A stretch of DNA of 64,000 bases from Octopus vulgaris (lineage: Eukaryota). The notes under the pieces are model-generated. The model saw only the letters and a list, made by a program, of their open reading frames with translations, ran no database searches and was not told the DNA's origin. Below, in pieces: positions 26,749 through 39,000 of this stretch (position 1 is the stretch's first letter; the number at the start of each line of letters is the position of its first letter). The stretch covers positions 123,380,001-123,444,000 of the forward strand of contig OX597814.1 of the NCBI GenBank assembly GCA_951406725.2, written 5' to 3'. The position numbers and the translations under genes were made by a program.

Positions 26749-28505
26749 CAGTAGCAGCCATAATATAGGACTCAGTAAGAACAAGTGTATGGAAATAGTT
26801 ATTATAGAAGATTAGTAACACGTGAAGACTAGATATTTTACACATATATTTAATATCTATCTTTTGTGAAAATTTCAAGTGAATGGAATAAATATTACAT
26901 AATTTATGAAGGAATAAACAAAAAATTTTCCAAATTGCAGCAGCCAAATGTTAAGGGTCACTTAGAAAAAAATGAACTACTAACTAAGGTATTTGTTGTT
27001 TAGAAGGCTAATAGTTACTTCTTATGATCTTACCATATTGGAACATTCAACTGTCAACATGGCAGCTTTTGAGAGATAACCAGTGTCCTGTGATGAAAAA
27101 CAAAGGATTGTGTGCCTTCACCAAGAAGGCAAGTCAAATTCTGTGATCGCAACTACTGTAGGAAGGTCTTGAAGTGTTGTGCAATGAACTGTAGCTGGTA
27201 TTAAGTCACCAAGATCAACAGATGTTAAAACCAAAACTGGTAGACCTCATAAAACATCATGACAGGATCGTATTATGGTTAGAATGTCACTGAAGGATAG
27301 GTTTAAGAGTGCAGCTGAGATATCCCACGATATATCACGCAGAACAGTTCCTCGGAGGTTACAAAGTTCTGGGTTGCTTGCTCAGGCACCGACAAAGAAA
27401 CCTCTGATCTCCAAGAAGAATCAAAGAGCCTGTCTTTGTTTAGCTCAGGAACATATCATTGGACAGAAGAACAGTGGTCGCAGGTTCATTTTAATGATTA
27501 GTTCCGATGGCGGGATGCACATCCGATGAAGAAGTGGTGAAAGGTTATCTCGAAGGAGTGGCTGTATGGTAAGTAGCTTGCTTACGAACCACATGGTTCT
27601 GGGTTCAGTCACACTGCGTGGCAATTTGGGCAAGTGTCTTCTACAATAGCCTCAGGCCAATCAAAGCCTTGTGAGTGGATTTGGTAGACGGAACTGAAAG
27701 AAGACCGTCATATATATGTATATGCATTTATATATATGTGTGTGTATATGTTTGTGTGTCTGTGTTTGTCCCTCCAACATCGCTTGACAACCAATGCTGG
27801 TGCGTTTATGTCTACGTATCTTAGTGGTTCAGCAAAAGAGACCGATAAAATAAGTACTAGGCTTACAAAGAATAAGTTCTAGGGTCAATTTGCTTGACTA
27901 AAAGCGGTGCTCCAGCATGGCCACAGTCAAATGACTGAAACAAGTAAAAGAGTATGTGTGAAGAAGACAGTGAAATAAGGAGGCAGCGTAATTGTATGGG
28001 GAGTGATCTCTGCTGCTGGTCCTATTCCACTTATTCGCCTACAAGGGACTGTCAATGCTGAAATTTACAGATTCTTAGATAGCATGCCTTTCCACATCTC
28101 CAATCCTCATCAGTTCAACCTCCTGTCTTCATGCAGGACAATGCTCCCTTTCACACTGCAAAGAGGGTCAAAGATTTTTTGAGTAAAGGGGTTGATCTCA
28201 TGGACTGGCCACCTCAAAGTCCCATCTCAACCCTATAGAAAATGTTTGGAAGATTATCGAAGATGGGGTACGAAGGAGAGATGCAAAGAACCAAGATGAA
28301 CTCTGGGAATTACTGAAAAATGAATGGAACAATATTACTCCATCATTTTGCAAGAAATTAATTCAGGCCATTGATAGTAAAGGGATCTTCATAAAATATT
28401 AATAATAAAGGTTTCTTTTCTGTTCATATTCCATTTTTCATTGTTTTTCTAAGTGACCCTTAACTTTTGGCTGTTGCAGTTTGGAAGATTGTTTATTCCT
28501 CATAA
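26749..28505 (+). mobile_element. Degenerate Tc1-like transposon interrupted by a family A SINE (27553-27953)
   Basis: Inverted repeats at ~26902-26976 and 28437-28505. Transposase remnants GRPHKTS, SRRTVPRRLQSSGL..PTKKPLISKKNQRACL, FMQDNAPFHTAK, MDWPPQSP..NPIENVW. Confidence 0.85.
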
Positions 28506-30129
28506 CTGTGTGTCCTTAGCTTGACATCATGCTCCAATTATAAACAAACATCACCCCTCTGGGCCAACCAATCCCTTGGTTGAATAAACTGAACAGAAGT
28601 CCATCATATTTAGGTGTGTGTCCTTAGCTTGACATCATTCTCTAATTATAAACAAATATCATCATCATAGAAGCAGTGTAATATATTTCCAATACTCCAT
28701 AAAAACATTTCTGGACTGGGAAAAGTATTAGCTTTGTTGGAAACAGGCGAGGGTTTTAGCAACAGGAAGAGCATTCAGCTGTAGAAAACCTGCTTCAAAA
28801 ACATTTTGCCTGACCCATGCAAGCTAGGTTGATGGTAAAATGATAATGATGATGGTGATGTATAAACATAGGCAGGTATGGCTGTGTAGTAAGAAATCTG
28901 CTTCCCGGCAACATGGTTTCAGGTCCAGTACCACTACATGGTACCTTTGGCAAGTACCTTCTACTATAGCCCTGGGCTGACCAAAACCTTGTAAGTGGAT
29001 TTAGTAGAGGGGAAACAGCTATAAGCAAATGAAGTTAATCATTTTTTCCTTTGTCATCTCTTTTCTTATTTCTGTGGAAACATGACTTATCATGGGGAAA
29101 TTATTACCTATAGACGCAGGAGTGACTGTGTGGTAAGTAGCTTGCTTAGCAACCACATGGTTCTGGGTTCAGTCCCACTGCGTGGCACCTTGGCCAAGTG
29201 TCTTCTACTATAACCTTGGGCCAACCAAAGCCTTGAGTGGATTTGGTTGACGGAAACTGAAAGAAGCCTGTCGTATATATGTGTGTGTTTGTGTTTGTTC
29301 CCCCCAACATCACTTGACAACCGATGCTGGTGTGTTTACGTAACCGTAACTTAGCGGTTCGGAAAAACAGACCGATAGAATAAGTACTAGGCTTACAAAG
29401 AATAAGTCCTGGGGTTGATTTGCTCGAGTAAAGGTGGTGCTCTGGCATGGCTAGAGTCAAATGACTGAAACAAGTAAAAGAGTTGTTTGAAAACAAGTAA
29501 AGGTTGGCTACAGTATGAGCATCTATATATAAAAATCCTCTCTCAAACATCTTGCCCAACTCATTGTAGCATGCGAAACAGATACAAGTTTCATCCAATC
29601 CATGCAAGCACTGAGGGGCAGACATCGAAAAGGTGATGATGTACACATCAACAGAAATAAAAGTTGTCAAAAAAATTATATCAACACGTTACCTTTTGCT
29701 TATGACAACAACAACAAAAAAAAACACATAAGAAACATGAAAATAATGAAATATAAAGAAATAAAAACAAAACAATTTTTATAATAATGATAGTAATAAT
29801 AATAACTAAACAAGACAAAGATTCTAAGATTTTTCAAAACTGGATCATTATATTCTAATATTTGCACAACTTACAAAAATAACTTTCACAGGGTTGGCCT
29901 CTAGAGAAAACAAAAAACAAAAAAAACAGCACCTGGCATAGAGAATAATAAATGGTAAACCAAAAAATGCAAGAACAGAAGAAGGGTAGGAGAAATAATA
30001 AGACTTAAAGGGGTGGATGGGATTCAAGGCTTAAATTTCATTTTTCTTTTTTTTTTTTTCGTTTTTCTGCTTTTTGTTTTTTGGGTTAAGCAAAATGTAT
30101 AGAGAAAATTAGAATGAAATAGCTGTGGA

Positions 30130-30208
30130 AGTACACACATGTATAAATGTACAGATATGGTGCATACATACATAGATATACATATACATATATATACACA
30201 CATGCATA

Positions 30209-30239
<31 letters not shown>

Positions 30240-31461
30240 ACAAACATATACACACAACTTCATAATAGATGAGAACATACATGAACATGTGATGCAGTCA
30301 GTGTGCACACACATATGCTTGTGTTCCTGTGGGCGTATATATGAGTGTATATGTACATACATAGACACACACACACATACATATATATGTATACATATAC
30401 ACATACCTAAATAGCAAGACACACATTATATATTGATGTGTGTTTGTGTACGTGTATCCATATGTGTATGTATGTATGTATATATTTACATGCATACATG
30501 TATATATATACACATATATATAAATACATATATATACACACATGCATATATATATACATACTTATATATACATAAATATATATACATATATATATACACA
30601 CATATATATACATTTATATACATAAATACTAGTATACATACACATCTATGTATGTTTGTTTGTGTGTGCATTTTATATATAAACATAGATGAAAACAATT
30701 AAACATTAACTGAAAAAGCACTCAATACATTTAAGTAGAATACAAAAATTTATTGTTGCAAGTAAAATGTTGACAGTAACTTCAAAGTCTTGTTGGCAGT
30801 TAACTTCATCAGAGTTATGAAGCCAATCACTAGTGAAACTTCAAAGTCACTGCCAACTTTTTCCTTGTAAAAATAATATATGTGTGTGTATGTATATATA
30901 TATGTGTGTGTGTGTGTATATATGTGTATGTATATGTGTGTGTATATATATATATATATATACATACATGTACATTATATATATATATATATATATATTA
31001 CATATATATATACACACATTTATATAGTAGTATTTTTATATATATAAAATGTTATATAGACATATATATATATATATATATACACATGTGATTATATATG
31101 TGTGTGTGTATATATATATATATATTACATGTGAAAAGAACTTTGTAGTGTTACAAATAATACTGGAAAAAGTGGCATAGACTGAACAACAAAAAAATTT
31201 ACAGGAAAAATGAAAATGCAGTAGAAATGTCATGCACAAGTGTGATCCCTTCATTAGCCGTTAATTGTAAGTCATTGCAATTTTGACACATCCAAATGCG
31301 CAGTCTTTTCATTTCCCATGTAAATTTGCCACTGTTTCCAATATACATACATGTATGTGTGTATATGCATATGTGTATGTATACATAGAAGCATACTAGG
31401 ATGAGCATGTGTATGTATATATTTATAGATAAATATATGAAAATATGTGCAGCTGTGTTTA

Positions 31462-31492
<31 letters not shown>

Positions 31493-31785
31493 CAGGCATA
31501 TACACATATGTCTGTTCATATATATACACACACACACACACATATGTATGTGCATATATATATATATATGCATGCACACTATATTGGTACATATACACAA
31601 TGTACGCACGCACACGTCTACAGGTGTATAGGTTAAAAGTGAATGCAAGAGTGAAATTAGTAAACAAAAATAATCATAAGTAGAAAACTAAAAAAAAATA
31701 TACATCCACACACACCATATATACATAAGTGTATACATGTACATATATATATATATATATATAGGAATACGTGTGTGTGTGTGTT
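30130..31785. repeat. Compound (TA)n/(CA)n/(TG)n microsatellite arrays downstream of NIPBL
   Basis: Degenerate dinucleotide arrays seen directly; they are the source of the poly-YI/HT/VC ORFs in the track. Confidence 0.95.
30749..30754 (-). terminator. Candidate NIPBL polyadenylation signal
   Basis: AATAAA on the minus strand in non-repetitive sequence, followed by U/GU-rich downstream sequence. Other AATAAA hexamers occur in the 3' region, so this site is not unique. Confidence 0.35.
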
Positions 31786-32796
31786 GTTTAACTGAATAAA
31801 TAGATCATAAAATACAAGAGAGGCCATTGACAAAAGTGAGGTTCCCCAACTGAGGTGGGGTCCACTCACTTCAAAAAAAAAAAAAGAAAAAATTCCAGGC
31901 ACGTCCAGGGAATCAATGGAAAATGTTGTTTGATGTTGGGTTTGTGGTTTTTTTTTTACCTTTTTATTTATTTATTTATTTTAATATTGATTTTTTTTTT
32001 TTTTTTTTTTTTTCAATTCTGAGATGGGACTGTGTTTAAGAATATACCATTCTCAGAACAGTGGTCTGAAGAAATAGGGTAATGTCCCGTTACTCAAACC
32101 CTGCAGAGTGTGTATGTGCACATATATATATATATATATCATCATATATATATATATATATAATTCAAATTTCAATTTAGGACATGTTTGGGGGTAAGGG
32201 ACAGTTTAGTGTCTTGCAGGTTTTTTGTTTAAGTTTTCTAGTCAAGATATATGGAAAATTATATTTTGTTCATTGAAAGTTTGTGCATATATATGTGTGT
32301 GTGTATTTATGTATGAAATACAAATGTTTAAAACAACCCTGCAAATGATAATAAAATTTATTTTTAATTATTAGCAAAATGCTTATTACAGTGTTAATGT
32401 TTTGTCTTGTCTTTTATTAATATAATAATAATATTATTATTATTTTTATTTATTATTATTATTATTATTAGTGATGGAGGTGTTATATGGAGTTAATGAA
32501 AACTCCAATGAGTGTTGTGTTTTTGGGTTCAATAACCATGAATTTTGATGAAAAATAAACCCCAGTCAACATGGCATGAAAAGTCAATTGATAGTTATAT
32601 TTTATTTGACGCCGTTAAATGTGGATGGCTATTTTTTAGTTTGTTTTGTTTTTTTTTTTTGCTTTTTTTTATTGTTATTTCATCTCCAATGATAGGAAAT
32701 AAATTTCAGTAAAATTTTTATTTTTGTTTTCAAAATTTTAGCACAAAAATAATTTGTTTTACCATATTTTCAATCAGTTTGTTATCCTTTTATGTG

Positions 32797-32828
<32 letters not shown>

Positions 32829-33050
32829 ACCATTTTGTAATTCTGCATATAACAGTGATCATTTTACAATGTTTCATGGTGTTTTAGCCTCCAATGAAAG
32901 AAAATTAACCAGTCCAGAATGTATACCCCAATCCCCATTTCCCTCCCGACAGACAATTCCAACTCTTAACCCTAACCCAAACCACTTTTGCTGCTGCTCT
33001 TCATCTCAACTATTTCAGTGATTTGCATTCTAGTAATGAACAACAATGAA

Positions 33051-36000
33051 TCAAGCAATGAAGTCAGGGTCTTCATCGCTATCGCCGTCATCTTCACTGT
33101 CACTCAGACGACGACGTTTCTTGCGCACCTTCTTCTTAACAGGAGGTTTTGGAGTTAACTTGGGAGACGGTTTGATTTTCTTTTTCTTTTCAAGTAAAGA
33201 AGCGTAATGCTGATTACGAGGAGTGTGATGAAATGATGGTTGTTGCTGGCTTCGAGGTTTGATCCCATCAGAGCCATCTGAAACTTTATCAGAGACTTGC
33301 ATTTCAGTGGCGTCTTTAGACTCGACATGATTCTCAGCTCCTTCAGGTACCGAGCTCTTTGTATGTGGACTGGTTTTGACATTGTCGTCAGAGTCATCAT
33401 CATCTGGAGGGTCAATACTCAACATTAAATGTTTGAAATCAATGAATTCTTCAACCAATTTTCGTTTCTCTTCATCACTAATAACATCTGATGGCTTTTT
33501 CTTTAGTAACTCAATAGTTGAGCTTGGTTGAAAATCTATAGCATATTTCCTTGCCAAGGGCTTATCATAAACTTTAGCTGCTTCTGCCGGTGAATAACGA
33601 TGGACTTTCGTGTCGGTGAAACCATATAACTCTTTGAGATGCTGTTTCAGGACAAGAAGCAGGACACATCCTTGAGAGATGCGGCAAATCTCCTGCAGCG
33701 GCATCACGTTCTCAGGTAATCTTTCCATGATGCTTTCAATTTCTTCATCATCTTCATCATCAAATGTTTCCCCTTTCTTTCTATCAATATCCTTCCTTGG
33801 AAGAAGGCATTCTTTGAAAGACTGTAGCAGGTTAGAGCCAGACACTGAGACAATGATGTCTATTTGATGAATGATAAATAATGGTTCGTCTTGAGATTGG
33901 TAAGCGAAAAAGGCAAGGTTATCAGCTATATACAAGAGTTCTTCAAGTGATGCACGTGCCGAATCATCAAACAGATTCAGAAGGGAAGTGAGTAAAGCTC
34001 TTCGATAGGTTCGATTAGCTCGAAGAACTGTATAAAGGAATGCATTTAAACTAAGATGGACAGCATCCTGGGTCCTAAGGCCTCGAACTGGCTCTGAAGG
34101 ATCTTGAATGATACTTTGGAATTTATATGACATCTTTACACCTTGTAGAGCCTTCATATGAATGAACCCAGGATACTTCTTATCAATATCTTGAAGTTGT
34201 TGATCTGATCTCACCCTCACGCTTGGATCTATTTCTGTTCCCATTGTTATTAAATAGGGAACACACTGTACAGGGTGAATGAGACCCTGGCGAAGAACAA
34301 GCTGAATAATATCAAGAGCAGACTGTCGTACCTGGAAATTGGCACAAATGAAAGATTCAAGCACTTGTTTCAGGTACACCTGTATGATGGTGCTCGCCAT
34401 TCCTGACTGTAAATCTCCCATGTCTCGTAGATCTTCTGCTTTACATTGTTTTCTCCATTCAGCATCAGCTATGATCATCTTGGTTTCTTCTTCGACCAGA
34501 TAGCTGTGCAGATTTCGCAATGCTTGGATCTTCAGCTTTATAGATGCTTCACTGTTTGTAAAGAGATAATAATAGAGTCCTTTCAGTGTTTTTCCAAGCA
34601 TATATTCATAATGACGGACACACATGAAGCCAAGCCCAGTCAAAGCTTTTACACGCACTTCCTCGTCTTCGTGCTCAATAAAATAGTACAGAACATCAAA
34701 TACTCGGTCCTTTATCGGAACTTTTGCTTTTGTCTCTCCCATCTCCTTGGAATCAAAATCAAAATGACGGCACAAAAGGCCAACAGTGAAAAGTGACCGC
34801 AGCAATGTAGGTCTTCTCTTTTGAAGGGTTGGATTGTTAGAATTTTCTTTGTGGTCAGCCATCAACTTGGAAAGAACTCCAAAGAATTTCTGGAAACAAT
34901 CTTTAACAAGTCGATAATTATGACTGACATTATTAACAACGGCACCAAGGCAGCTGACACAGCTCTGTAAAACCATCATTCCATGTTTTAGAATCAACTT
35001 CATCATGTCTTCCTCGAGTTGTGCCAAAAACGTTTCACTCGGATGGTCCATAAGAGGCACCACCATCTCAAGAATACGTGCAACAAAATGCAGCACCATA
35101 ACGTCACCTTGTGTGTTACATCTGATATTTAAATATGGCTGAAGTGTTATTGCATGTTGAACCATGAGATCAGGTTTAATCTTGCTGAAAAGATGTAGTG
35201 TGGTCAAACATGCTATCAAACGCTGAGGATGAGAAGTATTATCACCATCCACTGACTTTTCTTCTAAGCTCATGACATTTTCAACAAGGCAGTTAACAAT
35301 TTGCTGAGAAGCCAACAAAGCACTCTTATTATAGTGACCGTCATCATCTTTTTTTAACAAATTTTCCAGTAAATGTTCAAAGAACTCCAAACCACTATCT
35401 TTACAGGCAGCAACAACTTCTGTAATATTCACAACACGTCTCAAAAGTCTGGAAGAGTCTTTCTCTCGTAAAGGACAAAACCACATCATTTGGAAAACCT
35501 CGTTGACTAGTTTTTTTATGCCTTCTTCATCGTTTACTCTGCGGATCATTTTCACACACATCTCAGGTATTTTGTTAAAATCAGGTTGTCCGAGGCAAAT
35601 GTCTTTGAAAATCTTTATCACTCTTTTTCTTACACTGATACCTGTATCGAGAATTCGATCACATAACATGTCGTAATATTTAGGGATCAATTCAGGTTTA
35701 ATCAGTATGAACTTTCCAACAAGTTCTACTGCCGCTTCTCGGACAGATGTCGATTGATCTAGAAATCTCCCATGCACTCCACGCTGCATATCATCACGCG
35801 CCAAAATTCCAGGGTCAGCTTCTACAACAGCTGTTAAACATTTCATAGCCTTTGTTCGTACTGCCACGGCTGTTTCACTGAGCACACGCAAAATTTGAGT
35901 TAGGTATATGTCAAAACTCTGAGCAAACGGTCTCTTAGAGCTGAGGTAGCGTGCTACAAGGCATGAATCTTCAGCATCTAATCTACACTGTAACTGTCTC

Positions 36001-39000
36001 ATGTTATTTGCTGGCTTGTTGGGGACTTCAATGATTGTCATTAAAAAGGTTTTCCCTTTCTCTGCAATCTCTAAGGTTTGGTTCACTTCTTCAGCCCTTT
36101 CATCTTCATCTTCTTCTTTTAGTTGTGAAACTTTCTTTTGTAATTTTTCTGCTTCAACAGTGAGATCCCGATACCACTGGGCAATATAAAACTGTCTCGC
36201 AAACAATAATGCTGGATCACTTTGTCCATTCTCAGCCAAATAATACAACATGGCCTTTTGTAAACTTTGTGTTTGCTTTATTTCATCAAGACTTTCCGTA
36301 TTGCCTTCTTTCTTAAAGTCGTTCTCTTCAGTTACTTCATTGTCTATTTTTGAAATAATTTCCTCGATCATTTCTGGGTTCGTCTGACTAGTGACGGCGT
36401 CACTGCGAAGACGAGCAGCAACTATGCCTAAATATTCTAATGAAGCAACCCTCAAAGACATATCTGTAGATTTATTGCTGAACTGCTGTACAAGAATTCT
36501 CCCAAGAAGACTAAGCAACAATTCTGAAGCTGGCCATTCTGGCTTGTTCACTGTAGATAGTAAATCCTGAACAAAGTTTTCAAAAAGGGGCCGATAGTCA
36601 TCTTCACTTTTGGCAGTACATTTCTTAAGAAAGACAGAGAGGAAGTTATAACCAGTTCTCATGGCTGTCTCGTATGATGTTACAATAATGACATCATCAT
36701 CTGCTTCCCTTTTTTTCTTCTCCAATGCTTTTTTATCTGCTACAGGTTTCTCATCAATACAAATTTCAGACTCAACAGATTTTGGTGAAGGCAATTTAAT
36801 GACACACTGGATCAACTGCAAGGCAAGTGCTGTCACCATTTGTATGGACTCGTCAGCATTTAGGCGATAGTTGCGGAGGTTCCGCTTGGTGGATGGTAGT
36901 CGAGCTAAAGAGGCAAAAATATCTTCCAAAATAAGTTGTCTGTGTTTATCATACTTACAAAAAATATTTGTTACCAACTTCATTGAATTTAACTGCATTT
37001 CACTAATGTTCTCAACAAAAAAGGGGGACACACTTAATGTAGACACTTGCAAAATGACTGTGTCTGTCAGTTCTTGAATGTGCAACAACTCACTCAGAGC
37101 CTTGATGAGCTCACAAAGTTTATTATATAAAGTTATTGTAGCTTTGTGCTTTACTGAGTGGGTACGAGCTCGTTTGGATTTCAGGTTACCTTGGTAACCT
37201 CCTTTTGCATGAGGATCTATTTTATATACAGGATCAAACTCTGGGTAAATTGTATTCTGAAGCTGCCACTTACCAAATAGAATGATTCTTTCAATAACAT
37301 CATCTAAATATACCTGCTTTGGCATTTCTGGAGCAGTGATTATGTAAAGAGCTGCTAGAGATGCATCCATACTCCTCATCACTCGCTCCATCATCATTTC
37401 TCTCCACATTACAGACTCTTCGTCATCTTCATCTTCGTCTTCTTCAGGTCTTATATTTGGTGCCAACTTCACACCATCTCGTACGTTCCACTGAAGTATT
37501 GTAAGTAACTTTACAAGTTTATCGGAGGGAATTTGATTCGTTACTTTCTGGGCTTTCAATTTTGCTGCCTCTCCACAAATTTCGGCAAGAACCTGTCTTG
37601 CAATAAGGGATTCTGGTGGACATTCTGTGTCATCATCGTTTGGATCAAGAGAACCAAAATCAATCTCCTCCGCACTATCAAATACGTACTCCACTGACTG
37701 AGCAAATTTTCTAAATGTTGGACTATCAAATAACTCCTCGGAACTTAATGCCCTCTGATTCATACGTTTGTGTCGCTTCCGACGTTTTTTCCGAGCTGAT
37801 TCGTCCATTTCCTCCTCTTCGTCACTTGAGTACAATCTTTTTGTACTTTTTATTTTTTTCATAGTGTCACAATCTGTCCTAATTCTTCCTCCAGAGACAA
37901 CAGACTGAAGTGTTTTGGCATCTAAAAGTTCTAACACCACAATAGGCTTAGAATTTTTAGCAACTAAAAGGTCAACTTGCTTACTAAAAGATATCTCTTC
38001 GACATCTTCTGGTTTGATTTGCCTTTGTTGTTGTTGCTGCTGCAGCAGATAATCCTCCTGTAGAACCATAGGGTAGGGGGGACACTGCTTTGCTTTATCT
38101 GTTTTCTCCGAAGACATGTTGCGTGTTCGTCGTTTACACAGCTCCATATCTGCCTCTACACAGGAAGAACTAGCAGTGGCTGTGAATGATGCAGGTAATC
38201 TGCTACTCTGGTGAAAATCTCCACTACAAGAGGCAGAATCTCCCTGTAGACCAAACTGCAACTGGTGCAGGGACATGTTATCTGATCCACTCTTCCTGCG
38301 ACCAGACATGTCCGGACAAATGTTCATACACTCAGGGGAAGGCTTGCTCTCGAAAGAGTCACTGCACTTCGGTCCTAAGGTAGATTTGGCACTACTGGTT
38401 CGCCTCTTACAGGAGTAAGCAGACCCTGCAGATTCAGGTGGAGATAATACATCTAAATTGATGTGTTCAGCCACTGCAGCCAGAGGGGGTGACACAGTAT
38501 TCTGATCAAATCTTTGATTTTGAGCAAAATGTTGAAACTGTTGTTGTTGCTGCTGCTGTTGATACAAATTTGGTGAAAGAAAATTAGCATGAGATGAATA
38601 TTGAGAGTTTGTTGGGTATCGTGGTGATGAATCTGACTGCATTTGTTGCAGCCTGGGAGAAACGTTATTCTGATTTAGATGATATGGCATGGTAAAATGA
38701 CCCGAATGGTATTGTGGAAGAGGTGTTTGCTGGCTTTGAATAAGTTCATGAGGGGGTTGTGGGTGAAGTAAGTGCTGCTGCTGCTGTTGCTGCCTGGTTT
38801 GAATGAAGTTTGCAGACTGCTGCTGCGATAGGTTCTGATGGGCTGTTCGACTGTCAAAACCTCGAACATCAAATCCACTGCCACTACTACTACTACTGCT
38901 ACTACTACTACTACTACTACTGGCAGTGGAAGTAGTTGTAGTAATGTTACCACCGACACCAGCAGTAGTGGTGGTAGCATTGTTAGTTTTAGTATGAAAA

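Noticed and set aside
30024-31902. Numerous 60-130 aa ORFs rich in YI/HT/VC (also at 54723-55189 and 60013-60595)
   Set aside because: They are translations of dinucleotide microsatellites that lack stop codons, with no protein-like composition.
31991-32013. T23 run as the poly(A) scar of a NIPBL retroposition
   Set aside because: There is no AATAAA at the expected distance upstream on the minus strand and no recognisable TSD, and homopolymer runs are common throughout this region.
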